Source: Macrostomum lignano
Taxonomy: Eukaryota
Direction of reading: 5' to 3'
Assembly (NCBI GenBank): GCA_002269645.1
Contig: NIVC01000435.1
Coordinates: forward strand, 1 to 64,000
DNA length: 64,000 nucleotides
The notes beneath the pieces are model-generated. The model saw only the letters and a list, made by a program, of their open reading frames with translations, was not told where the DNA came from and did no database searches. This document shows positions 10,995 through 22,401 of this stretch, piece after piece. The position numbers were made by a program, and so were the translations under genes. Position 1 is the first letter of the stretch. Each line of letters opens with the position of its first letter.

Positions 10995-13900
10995 ATGTCT
11001 GGGTTCAACATCAGCAGCGAGCAGCAACGGTTTCAGTACTCGCGCCAGGTGTCTCGAGAGCGCCACGATTTTGACCAACCGAGTCGACGAACTCAACTGA
11101 ATGTCCTCCACGGAGGCCAAAATTTTTACCCGGTCGGTTCAGCGCCGTTGCAATGGCGAATCCGACGGTTTGAAAACTTTTCGACGGCTGGAGGTGGCGC
11201 CGGGGCGCCTTTGTCGTCGTCTAGGCCGACTTCTCGAGTCCCGGCAGCGCCTTTTCCGGCTGGTGCCGCGCCGTCATCCGCAGCGGTAGGAAGAAACTTT
11301 CCGAGTTTCCGGTCGAACCGATCGACCGCGGCAACAACCAGCGATTTTGATCCCATCGTGTTGGACGCTTACAAGGCGAACCGACTGGAGCAGCTCAAGC
11401 GGCTTCTAACCATCAAAGGCGTGTATACGGAAGTCAACAGGTGCAAAACAGTAGCCGATCTAGCTGCGGAAGATGGCAAGTTCGAGGTGCTGGATCTGCT
11501 GAAGGAATTGTCGGTCGACTTCAACAGGCGAAACGCTGAAGGCATGGTGCCGCTGCACTACGCCTTGAAGAAGCGTCACTATCGAACTATTCGATACCTG
11601 CACAGTTTGGGTGCCAGTCCAGACATTCCTCTGCCGTCGTCCATAAGCGGACGGGGACTGTCCGACTATCCGCTGCACGTGGCCTGCGCTAGTGCGGACA
11701 AGAAAATGCTGGACACATTGCTTGGTATGTGCAGATTCGCAGCGCTCCTTTTGTGGGGGCAAAGCTTTCCCGCTTCCCCTTAGGGAGGCCATAAATTTCA
11801 AGGACTCCTAATGGCGATCGCCACTTCCAGTATATGTCTCGCAAGCTTGCATACATATAAAAATATAAATTTTCAATCTTAAAATGACTTACTAAATGGT
11901 TTGTTTGAAACCGCAGACTACTGCGGCGCCGAGCTGCACGTGCTGGACGCTCAGGGCAACACGCCGCTGCACCGCGCCTGCCTCGAGGACTCGCTCGTTG
12001 CGGTAAAACGCCTGGCGCCGCATCTCAGCAGCGAGGTGCTCAACGTGCGCGGTCACGAAGGCAAAACAGCGCTGCACATTGCTGTGCTGAATCAGAATCG
12101 ACAGATAGTAGACTTGCTATTGAGCAAGGGAACGCTGGTTGACGTGCCAGCGGACAGCGGCAAGACAGTCATTGACCTCATCCTGCAGCTCAACAATCCG
12201 ATGCTGCTTAACGATTTCGCTCGATTCTACTCAATCCGCATGACCGAGGGCGTCACGGCGAGAAACCTGATGGCACTGTCGCACGAGAAGCACTTCGAAA
12301 AGTACCTCGAATTTCTCTCTCACGTAGACAACGAATTCAACGAGTGCACAATGGAGATCAAGGACATCAGCGAGGTTGAAAAGGAAACTCTGTGCGCCAA
12401 ACTGCAGCACGACGATCGAATCGACCTCATGGAGTTCAAGGAGGTCATCGTCCAGCTGTTGCAAACTGAGGATATTCATTACTTGATCATGGAGGATGAT
12501 CGCGATGTGCTGGTCAAGATCGTAGAGAACATTGTGCACTACGTCCTGTTCAGAGAGGACGCTGTGATGCTCGAGCGAATTATGTACTGCGGAGTGCTCT
12601 GGTCGAAGGTGTCGCTATTGATCGAGGATCATCTCGACTCGCTGTACATCCAAGCTCCAGAGAGAGAAGTCAACGGTATCGTCATGCACTTCAAATCCCG
12701 ATTCGTTGAGCAAAACAGAGTTCGGCACGACAAACTATCTAAGTACTACGGGAGCGAGCTGTCTTGCTACAACCTGCAGCCGTACTACCTGGGATTCAAT
12801 CCCAACATTCAGTACATGCGTCACCCGATGACCACCCTGCCAGTCTGGTCAGTTCTGTCCGGCCGGCTGTCCCTCACCGAGCTGCTACTTCGCCAGGAGA
12901 AGTTCGACGTCGTTCCGCTGTCCCTGTTCTGCGCCGCCCTGCTGAGAACTTTCCCAATGAATCAGGAACTTGTCGTGGAAGAGGAAGAAATCGAGGCTTT
13001 AGCTCTGACCTGCGAGAAATTTGCTCGAAAAGTTGTCGAAAAGGTCAACTCAATCGATACTTCGTACAATCGCTCTGTCAGTGTCGACTACCTGCTGAGA
13101 CCACTAGAGTCCTACGGCGGCGTCTCCTGCGTGAAGCTGGCCGCCTCCAACGAGTGCTCCAGGTTCCTGCAGAGCGAGCTGTGCCAGCGCGCCCTCGACA
13201 AGATGTGGTTCCGATCGCTGCTGCACATGAACCCCATCCTGCGCGAGATTATCATTTGGATGGGCGCCATTCCGCTCAATTTCCTGGTGCCGCTGGTGCT
13301 GCTCTACTACGACGAGAAGGAGATGCGCACCAGGCGTCGCCACGAAGAGCGCAGCTTCGTCCAGGAGGATGAGACGACGCCGATTTACGAAAAATTCCAT
13401 TTGCTGCCGAAACTGCCGCTGCCAGCGGACCAGTCCGCTGACAGTCTGGAAGACCAGATCACTCGGCGACGCGGCTCCAACGCTCATTCGCTGGGAACTC
13501 AAGCTGGGCAGAAGCTCGCCAAGGAGGCCAAGCAGCAAGCTCACTCGTCCTCCTCTCTGCACAAGGAGAATCAGCAGAAAAAGGAGGCGCCAATAGAGGA
13601 GATCGAGTTCCGACAGATGGCCCGTCCGAACTCGAAGGTGTCGGAGAAGTCGGACGCCTCCTCGCTGCTGCACAAGGCTGACGAACAGGATGAGCACTCG
13701 ATTTTGAGCTCGATCGGCACCCGAGCGCTCAGACGGTTCCGGCGATTCTTCCAGCTGATCTCGGAGTTTTACGATACCCCGGCCGTGAAGTTCCGCTACC
13801 ACGTGGCTTCGCACGTGCTCCTGGTGGCTCTGCTGTCCTATCTGCTGCTGATGGACTTCCAGTACGAGCTGAGCATCAAGGAGATCATTGTGTACGCCAT

Positions 13901-16900
13901 TCTCTCCGGCATGCTGCTAGAAGAGGTTGGCGAGATAGCCCAATACACGGAGCACGACGACATCAAGTCGTACTTCAGAAGCAAATGGAACATCATCGAC
14001 ATCACAGCTCTGACCTGTGGGGTGGTCGGCTTCTCGATTCGCATCAGCGAGATCAAATACTCGCAGGAGTGGAGCGACATGATGCGGGACTTTGAGGACA
14101 AGGCCTGGTACACAGCGAGGATCAGCCTGAGTGAGTTCTTCGGTACTGTTTTGAGAATGTCTCTATCCAATTTCTCTAGAGTGTCTCTTGAATCTTTATA
14201 ATGTCTCTATAATGTCTCAATCTTGTATCTGTAGAATGCCTGTAGAATGTCTCTAGAATGTCTCTATCGTGCATCTGTAGAATGTCTTTATAATGTCTCT
14301 AGAATGTCTCTATCGTGCATCTGTAGAATGTCTTTATAATGTCTCTAGAATGTCTATAGTATATCTGTGGAATGTCTTTATAATGTCTCTAGAATGTCTC
14401 TATAGTATATCTATAGAATGTCATTATAATGTCTGTAGAATGTCTCTATAGTATATCTGTAGAATGTCTTTATAACGTCTCTAGAATTTCTCTATCGTGT
14501 ATCTGTAGAATGTCTTTATAATGTCTCTAGAATGTCTCTATAGTATATCTGTAGAATGTCTTTATAATGTCTGTAGAATGTCTCTATCGTATATCTGTGG
14601 AATGTCTTTATAATGTCTCTAGAATGTCTCTATAGTATATCTATAGAATGTCATTATAATGTCTGTAGAATGTCTCTATAGTATATCTGTAGAATGTCTT
14701 TATAATGTCTCTAGAATGTCTCTATAGTATATCTGTGGAATGTCTTTATAATGTCTCTAGAATGTCTCTATAGTATATCTGTAGAATGTCATTATAATGT
14801 CTGTAGAATGTCTCTATCGTGTATCTGTGTAGAATGTCTCTAGAATGTTTAAAATATGTGTAGATTGTCTCTAAAGTGTCTGTAGAATGTTTGTAGAACG
14901 TCTGTAGAATGTCTACTAAAAGGCCAATAAAAAATCTTTCTATTCCGCGCAAGGAGTGTCGTCATTTAAGTTTTTGCTTATTTTTTTGTTGTTCAGCGAC
15001 CAAAAAGTAGCAAAACTCTTTCTTCTCTTCAAGTGTGGCAGTGTTCTGTAGCAGTAAAAATGGTAGGAACCCACAGATAGATGATGTAGCAGGAGCTCTT
15101 GCAGTTAAGAACTGTTTCGTCTGTCTAACCCTAACTTGGAGTGGAAATGCAGTACGCTATGCATTCCAATAGTTCTGGGCATTGGCAAATTTGCATAAAT
15201 TGCACTAAAGAGCTACTGCATGTGTACTGGTTTCCGGCGGAAGGGTTGCTATGAATATGCATATAGATTATAAGAAGCTGCTTCACTGAGAATGCGCAAT
15301 TGAACATCACGGCTGAATTTGGCATAGCAATAAATTTCGCAGTTCAAATGCATGCGGAAAGCAATCCAGCTAGTTAGCGCTTTGGTTTTTAAGTGGAAGC
15401 CTGTTTGCCGACTTGTCTCAAGAGATTAGAGGACATTTTGGTATTTGGTACTAGGATCTTGCTTGGGACAGAGCTTGTATGTATGAGATTATTGGGATTT
15501 CAAGCTGTACAAGTGGTGCCTAAAAGTACCTCAAATAGGTGCCTTAAAGTATCTCGAATAGGTGCCTAAAAGTATCTCAACTTGGTGCCTAAAATTATCT
15601 CAAATTGGCGCCTAAAAGTATCTCAAATTGGTGCCTAAAATTATCTCAACTTGGCGCCTAAAAGTATCTCAAATTGGCGCCTAAAATTATCTCAGATAGG
15701 TGCCTAAAATTATCTCAAATTGGCGCCTAAAATTATCTCAAATTGGCGCCTAAAATTATCTCAAATTGGCGCCAAAAATTATCTCAAATTGGCGCCTAAA
15801 ATTATCTCAAATAGGTGCCTAAAGTATAGTATCTCAAATTGGTGCCTAAAATTATCTCAACTTGGCGCCTAAAAGTATCTCAAATTGGCGCCTAAAATTA
15901 TCTCAAATAGGTGCCTAAAGTATAGTATCTCAAATTGGCGCCTAAAATTATCTCAGATAGGTGCCTAAAATTATCTCAAATTGGCGCCTAAAAGTATCTC
16001 AAATTGGCGCCTAAAATTATCTCAAATAGGTGCCTAAAGTATAGTATCTCAAATTGGCGCCTAAAATTATCTCAACTTGGTGCCTAAAAGTATCTCAACT
16101 TAGTGCCTAAAAGTATCTCAACTTAGTGCCTAAAATTATCTCAAATTGGTGCCTAAAAGTATCTCAGATTGGCGCCTAAAATTATCTCAAATAGGTGCCG
16201 AAAATTATCTCAAATAGGTGCCGAAAATTATCTCAAATAGGTGCCCAAAATTATCTCAAAAAAGTGCCTAAAATTATCTCAAATTGGCGCCTAAAATTAT
16301 CTCAAATAGGTGCCTAAAGTATAGTATCTCAAATTGGCGCCTAAAATTATCTCAAATAGGTGCCTAAAGTATAGTATCTCAAATTGGCGCCTAAAAGTAT
16401 CTCAACTTGGTGCCTAAAAGTATCTCAAATTGGTGCCTAAAAGTATCTCAGATTGGCGCCTAAAATTATCTCAAAAAGGTGCCTAAAATTATCTCAAATT
16501 GGCGCCTAAAATTATCTCAAAAAGGTGCCTAAAAGTATCCCAATTCGGTGCCTAAAGGTGTCTCAACTTGGCGACTAAAAGTATCTCAAATAGATGTCTG
16601 AAAGTATCTCATTTAGGCGCTAAAATCAGAAAATGTCTTTACATAGCTACTCAAATTGAACTTCAATCAGTAGTATTTAGTGTAGCGCACTGCTATAATC
16701 TTTATTTAACAATATTTGCAGGCATCTGCTGCACCCTGTACTGGATCCGGCTGCTGTACATTTCCACAGTGCTGGAGAATCTCGGGCCCAAACTGAAAAT
16801 GATTGCAAAGATGATCACTAAGGATCTGCTGCCATTTCTATTGATTCTCTTCATCTTCATCCTGGGATTCGGAGTGCTTATGCACAGCTTGCTCTATCCA

Positions 16901-18714
16901 AACGGATACAGGGCCTGGAATTATGGTCAATTGAACAAGGTTCACGTGCTGCTGGGCATGCTCAAGATCTGCTTCTACAGCATGGTTGGGGAGTACAGTC
17001 TGGATACCATTATGGGCGACGATTCCTGCGAAATGATCTACGAAACACGGGAGAACAATACCAGCAGTTGTCCGCATCATTTTGGCCGGTGAGTGAGATT
17101 CCAGTCATTGTTGGCCCTGGGACTTCCAAAACCCTGGGAGAGAGGAGGGAATCCCCCGGGGTTTAGCCATGGGTCTGAGGGAGAGAGAGGAAGGGAATCC
17201 GCCGGGGTTTTGCCGTGGGTCTGAGGGGGAGAGGGAAGGGAATCCCCCAGGGTTTAGCCATGGGTCTGAGGGAGAGAGAGGAAGGGAATCTCCGGGGGTT
17301 TAGCCGTGGGTCTGAGGGAGAGAGAGGAAGGGAATCATCCAGGGTTTAGCCATGGGTCTGAGGGAGAGAGAGGAAGGGAATCTCCGGGGGTTTAGCCGTG
17401 GGTCTGAGGGAGAGAGAGGAAGGGAATCCCCCAGGGTTTAGCCATGGGTCTGAGGGAGAGAGAGGAAGGGAATCCCCCACGATTTAGCCATGGGTCTGAG
17501 GGAGAGAGAGAGGAAGGGAATCCCCGGGGGTTTAGCCATGGGTCTGAGGGAGAGAGAGGAAGGGAATCCCCGGGGGTTTAGCCATGGGTCTGAGGGAGAG
17601 AGAGGAAGGGAATCCCCCACGATTTAGCCATGGGTCTGAGGGAGAGAGAGAGGAAGGGAATCCCCGGGGGTTTAGCCGTGGGTCTGAGAAAGAGAAAGAA
17701 AGGGAATCCGCCAGGGTTTATTAGCCATGGGTCTGAGGGGGGAGAAAGAAGGGAATCCGCCAGAGTTTAGCCATGGGTCTGAGGGGGGAGAGAGAAGAGG
17801 GGAATCTCTAGGATTTAGCCATGGGTCTAAGGGAGAGAGGAAGGGAATCCGAATCCCCCAGCAGAGGTAAGCTCTCTGCAGCAAAGGTTAATCCCCAAGC
17901 TACTCCCATTGGCCATTAGTACTCTGATTAGACAGAGAGTAATCCCATGTACAAATCTCAACGGAACCACAGGTACCTGGTGCCCTACCTGATCCTGCCT
18001 CTCTACGTGATCGTCACGGAGATCCTGCTGCTGAATCTCATCGTCGCCATGTTCAGCAAGACAATCGAGACCATCGACTCGCGCAGCAAAGGTCTTTGGC
18101 AGTTCGAACGCCATGATCTAATTGAAGAATTTGAAACTCGGTCCAGCCTGCCGCCGCCCCTGAACGTGTTCGATCTAGTTAGAAAATTTTTTCTATTGCT
18201 CAAGAGCTACTGCCGCCGAGTGTGCCACAAGAACTGTCGATGTCGCACCAGACACGCTGGTGGAGGCGGCGGCGGCGGCTCCTTCCGCCAGAAGCTGGTC
18301 ACCCAGTTCCTGCTGTTCCAGGCGTTCGGCCTGCGCAAATGTCGCGAAGAGATGATGCGCCAGTGCCTGCCGAAGCAAGAGACCGAGACCGACTCTATGC
18401 TGGACAAAGTGCGAGACATTGTCGAGGCCGAGGTCAACCGGTTGATCAGCGTCACGGGAATGTCGAACGATGAAAGCGATGGCAGCGAGGGTGCACAGAG
18501 CATCGCTGCGGACACTCTGCTAGAGGCCACGCCTCCGCCGCCACCGCCGCCTCCGCCGCAGAGTCAGTCGAGCAGCAGGCCTCCGTTGTTCCCTACTGGT
18601 ACCAAATCGCTCGACTGTCTGGCAGACGATGGCGGCGTCGGTGGAGCTCCCGGCGGTGCCGGATCGGGCGTCGGTGGCAGACCGAGGGTTCGACTGCGAG
18701 AGCTGATCAAGTAG
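10995..18714 (+). CDS. Ankyrin-repeat TRPM-like channel, paralogue 2, intact. Exons 10995-11724, 11917-14130, 16722-17088, 17973-18714; 1350 aa
   Basis: The four exons sum to 4053 nt (1351 codons) with canonical GT-AG sites. Same ankyrin, MHR3/4, S1-S6 and TRP-box (LWQFER..LPPPLN) architecture as paralogue 1. Confidence 0.93.
14150..14915. repeat. About 46-bp AT-rich minisatellite (TGTAGAATGTCTTTATAATGTCTCTAGAATGTCTCTATAGTATATC) in TRP2 intron 2
   Basis: Direct tandem units built on an AGAATGTC core. Confidence 0.93.
15515..16625. repeat. About 23-bp minisatellite (CCTAAAATTATCTCAAATTGGCG) in TRP2 intron 2
   Basis: More than 40 tandem units. Confidence 0.95.
17135..17860. repeat. About 46-bp purine-rich minisatellite (GGGTTTAGCCATGGGTCTGAGGGAGAGAGAGGAAGGGAATCCCC..) in TRP2 intron 3
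   Basis: GCCATGGGTC recurs at 17441 and 17487 and onward. Confidence 0.95.
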
Positions 18715-19180
18715 ACTATCGCCATGTACAGAGTTAGTTGGTTTTTGCAAGCTAATTACCCTACTCTCCTTGCATGGATAAATCATGGATGAAGCATCCA
18801 TGATGCCATGTATGGATCATACCTGAACATGTATGGAGCCATACCTGATCATACATGGTTCCACGTAAACTTCATCCATGGTTACTTTCCATCCATGTAC
18901 ATTGATGTATGATTTTAAATATAATTTTCCTTACTACACTACTGTTAGTAGAACGCAATGTTTGCGTAGGTTCATTTTAAAGCTGAAATTTTCTAAACAA
19001 ATTCGGCAGCATCTTTAGTGCTGCTGAGAAATATGTTTCCATTCCCTTATAAATCACTTTCAAAACAAAAAAGTATCAGAACAAATACTTATGCAATTAA
19101 ATGTAGAAGTAATTGAAAACTCGTATGATGACCATTTCGAGACTTATATTATTAATGATAATTAGGCATAATTCATTTCA

Positions 19181-19724
19181 AAGTACTGTAAGAAAAAATA
19201 AGACAGCTCAGTCTCAGAGAGCTTTAAAATACAGAATGGACAGAATTTGACGCATTTCAAGGTACTGTAAGAAAAAATAAGACAGCTCAGAGAGCTTTAA
19301 AATACAGAATAGACAGAATTTGACGCATTTCAAGGTACTGTAAGAAAAAATAAAACAGCTCAGAGAGCTTTAAAATACAGAATAGACAGAATTTGACGCA
19401 TTTCAAGGTACTGTAAGAAAAAATAAAACAGCTCAGAGAGCTTTAAAATACAGAATAGACAGAATTTGACGCATTTCAAGGTACTGTAAGAAAAAATAAA
19501 ACAGCTCAGAGAGCTTTAAAATACAGAATAGACAGAATTTGACGCATTTCAAGGTACTGTAAGAAAAATAAAACAGCTCAGAGAGCTTTAAGATACAGAA
19601 TAGACAGAATTTGACGCATTTCAAGGTACTGTAAGAAAAAATAAAACAGCTCAGAGAGCTTTAAGATACAGAATAGACAGAATTTGACGCATTTCAAGGT
19701 ACTGAAAGAAAAAATAAAACAGTA
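19181..19724. repeat. 73-bp tandem repeat (about 7 copies) inside the EnSpm element
   Basis: GGTACTGTAAG starts at 19261 and 19334 (period 73); units are near-identical. Confidence 0.95.
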
Positions 19725-20051
19725 AATTTTACTGAACAGTCAATAAATAGAATTAGCCGAATTCGGTACGCATTAAGGGCAAGGGCCGACTAATCCTTTA
19801 CGAAACGAAGTTAATGCTGCATTAGTCAATTATTTGCGCACAGAAACTTGGAGATTTTGAATATGGAGAGATCGGACAAAGAGAGGTAACGGTGGGAGTC
19901 TGAGAGGGAGGAAGTTGGGCATCTGGAAAGTTATTCTGATTCCCTGATGGTTTTATCTTGGTCATGGAGCATAATTTTATTTTCTGCCAGACTTTGCAGC
20001 ATTAATAATAAAATAATCGGATCTAAGGTACGGACACATACTCGTACCTTT

Positions 20052-22352
20052 TTAATCATGTTCAAACTCTTTGAACAATGGCACAGCGCAATAACAGTCT
20101 TTGCTGAACGATTCTACTGGAACAGCGATGCAGGGTCGATCGACCTCTGAAAAATTAACTATACGTTCGCGTCTGGCCGATCTGGGCGCATTAGACAGGG
20201 ATATCAATACAAAATTGAATGTCGAAGACTTTTTGAACATGGATTCCAGCAATGCTTTCCAATTAAGTAAATCGATGGGGAAAGTTGCTGCTGGTACTCG
20301 TAAAACAAAATCAAACAGCGAACCAATGGGATCCAAAATTTGCACTCGAATAGTATTAGGCTCGAGGAACTCTGCAATAGTGCAGATTTCGCCGGACTTC
20401 AATTGGCAAAGATGGTTAGAATTTTTCGACGCACAAGCTGAGCTTGTCGAGAAAAAATGTCCATTAAAATAAGCAAGTGAGTTTCGAAGAATACCATGTG
20501 GCCTGGATGGCTCTAAAGATATAGAGTTAACTGCATCCACTACAATAGAGTCCTTAACACAAGAAAAGTAGTGATGTAGCAACTTTTGAAACAAAAACTT
20601 GCGAACAAGCTGTGGGCCAAATGACACAGTTCCGCATAAGAACTTTTTGAACATGCCAATGGAGCTCTCAAATGCGAACATAGAATAATTAAATACAGGT
20701 CCGTACAATTCGTACTGTTCAGCCATATGCAAAAGCAGGTGGAAATTAAGGCGGAGTACTTTCGGTCCGAATATTTGCTGAGCATTGGAGATAAAAGCTT
20801 TGCATAGCTTTTCGATATCAGTCTTATTTGATTGGGGGCTATACAACATGTGATAAATAAGAACTAAATTAGTTAACAGCAGTTTCAATGGAAAATGCGA
20901 AATTCTCTGCAAAAACGTAGGAAGAAGAAAGTATAGCGCAAAGTTTTTAAAATGCTTTGCTTTCCAATCTGAAAAGCCTTTAAAATTTGTGTTGATTGTG
21001 ATGCTAGAAGGAGTTATAGATTGACGAATACAATTAGATATGAAATCCATGCAATTAGCTGAGCAAAAATACAACTCGCGCCTGTTTGCAGGTAATGACA
21101 GCTCTTCTAGTAGATACTTGGTGTGGCCTTCGAAAAAGCAGTGTAAACTGTCAATAGGATTGCAGCTGGGAAACGGAACATAGTCTAACAAGCAACTGCG
21201 CATCTTTACGCCAAAAACAGGCCGATTTCGAATTTGTGCGAGCCGACAGTGTTCAAGATGGGAAGATGGGTTTCTCAAAGGAAACAAGTAGCCTTCACCA
21301 TAGCGGAAGATCCAGTTTTTACCTTTCTCGGATACTTTAAAGCTCTCACCTGGGTGCAAGCACCTAGGACAGCTAAACGCACCATTGTACTGGTGAATGC
21401 AGAAGAGCTTAGCAAGAGCGGGCAAGTCACAAACAAAGAGTGTGTAATGGACATGAACGGTGTATTCCGAGAATATAAACTGTTTTGGCAAATTGTTCAT
21501 AATTTCAGACAGAAAAGACTGGAAATGCGGGACTGCCTTCGATGAAACAAGAGCAATTAGAATTAAATTTGCAAAGCGTTGACGGATGTAAACAGGAAGG
21601 TTTAGAAGTTGAGCCTGAAATGGCCAAAAGCTACTCTGAACAGATTCAAAAAAATTGGCGCCATCAGCTGAGATTAGAAGATGCAAGTGAAGCGACTTGC
21701 CAGAAGATAGGCTTAAGCCTTGTTCTTTAACTATTTTGGAATTCAAAACGTCTGTGTTTTTATCCTTTTGCAATTCTTGCTCATACTGCAGAATAGTTGA
21801 AGTGTGGCTGCTTAAGATAGTCCGCAGCTGTGGAACAATATTGAGCTGTGTCACAGCAACCTTTGACTTTGGGGAATGAACCTGACACTGGCTTTTGCAT
21901 TCTGGGCAAAAGCCAAATTCAGACACGTCACTATCATCAAGAGGGCAAGTATCTTGAATCAATGATTTGAGCAACTTGACGCTATTTGGAAGAGCTAGAG
22001 AATCTCTACTAAAAATAGAAAGTAGCTTCAGGAGTCTATCAAGAGCAGCCTCTGAAACTCCGGAAGTAATTGCCCACTGAAAAATCAGAGCCGCCTGCAC
22101 ACTGGGATCTGAGATGGAAGCCAAATTCGCTAAGCTATCTGAACTCTCCTCAAGCACAGGCACAGCATTGTTTTCACCAATAAAAGTTTCCACAGCGTCA
22201 GGACAGCTGTGCGAGTGCGTTACACCGGCTTCGCTTGAAATTGAACTCCTATTACTTGTAGAAAAACTATTTGAGGGAGAAGAAATCGCCTGACAAGAGT
22301 AGGCTGAGTAATTAGTAGAAAGAGAGTGCTCAGATTCTGATTTACTAGACAT
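20052..22352 (-). CDS. CACTA/EnSpm transposase, 766-aa uninterrupted ORF
   Basis: Family motifs: 'ISADGANFF..SSFWP..LLNLP..R..NLIL', 'CDLPALAK..YNGAFSCPRCLHPG', 'PIDSLHCFFEG', 'WKAKHFKNF', 'NFHLLLH..YGPVFNYSMFAFES'. N-terminal CxxC (CPECK). Confidence 0.93.
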   Translation of the reverse strand: MSSKSESEHSLSTNYSAYSCQAISSPSNSFSTSNRSSISSEAGVTHSHSCPDAVETFIGENNAVPVLEESSDSLANLASISDPSVQAALIFQWAITSGVSEAALDRLLKLLSIFSRDSLALPNSVKLLKSLIQDTCPLDDSDVSEFGFCPECKSQCQVHSPKSKVAVTQLNIVPQLRTILSSHTSTILQYEQELQKDKNTDVLNSKIVKEQGLSLSSGKSLHLHLLISADGANFFESVQSSFWPFQAQLLNLPVYIRQRFANLILIALVSSKAVPHFQSFLSEIMNNLPKQFIFSEYTVHVHYTLFVCDLPALAKLFCIHQYNGAFSCPRCLHPGESFKVSEKGKNWIFRYGEGYLFPLRNPSSHLEHCRLAQIRNRPVFGVKMRSCLLDYVPFPSCNPIDSLHCFFEGHTKYLLEELSLPANRRELYFCSANCMDFISNCIRQSITPSSITINTNFKGFSDWKAKHFKNFALYFLLPTFLQRISHFPLKLLLTNLVLIYHMLYSPQSNKTDIEKLCKAFISNAQQIFGPKVLRLNFHLLLHMAEQYELYGPVFNYSMFAFESSIGMFKKFLCGTVSFGPQLVRKFLFQKLLHHYFSCVKDSIVVDAVNSISLEPSRPHGILRNSLAYFNGHFFSTSSACASKNSNHLCQLKSGEICTIAEFLEPNTIRVQILDPIGSLFDFVLRVPAATFPIDLLNWKALLESMFKKSSTFNFVLISLSNAPRSARRERIVNFSEVDRPCIAVPVESFSKDCYCAVPLFKEFEHD

Positions 22353-22401
22353 AAAAATAGCAATTCAAATATTCAAAAGTTACTAGAATTTTTTCCGCAA
22401 T

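Noticed and set aside
12231-14170. Antisense and alternate-frame ORFs over the TRP genes (e.g. 13104-13814 minus, 12764-13372 plus)
   Set aside because: Shadow ORFs of GC-rich coding exons with no recognisable motifs.
3374-18714. Assigning the channels to TRPA1, TRPM2 or the praziquantel-target TRPM
   Set aside because: The transmembrane and MHR motifs are TRPM-like rather than TRPA-like, but there is no SLOG or NUDT9H domain. No gene symbol is justified without a phylogeny.
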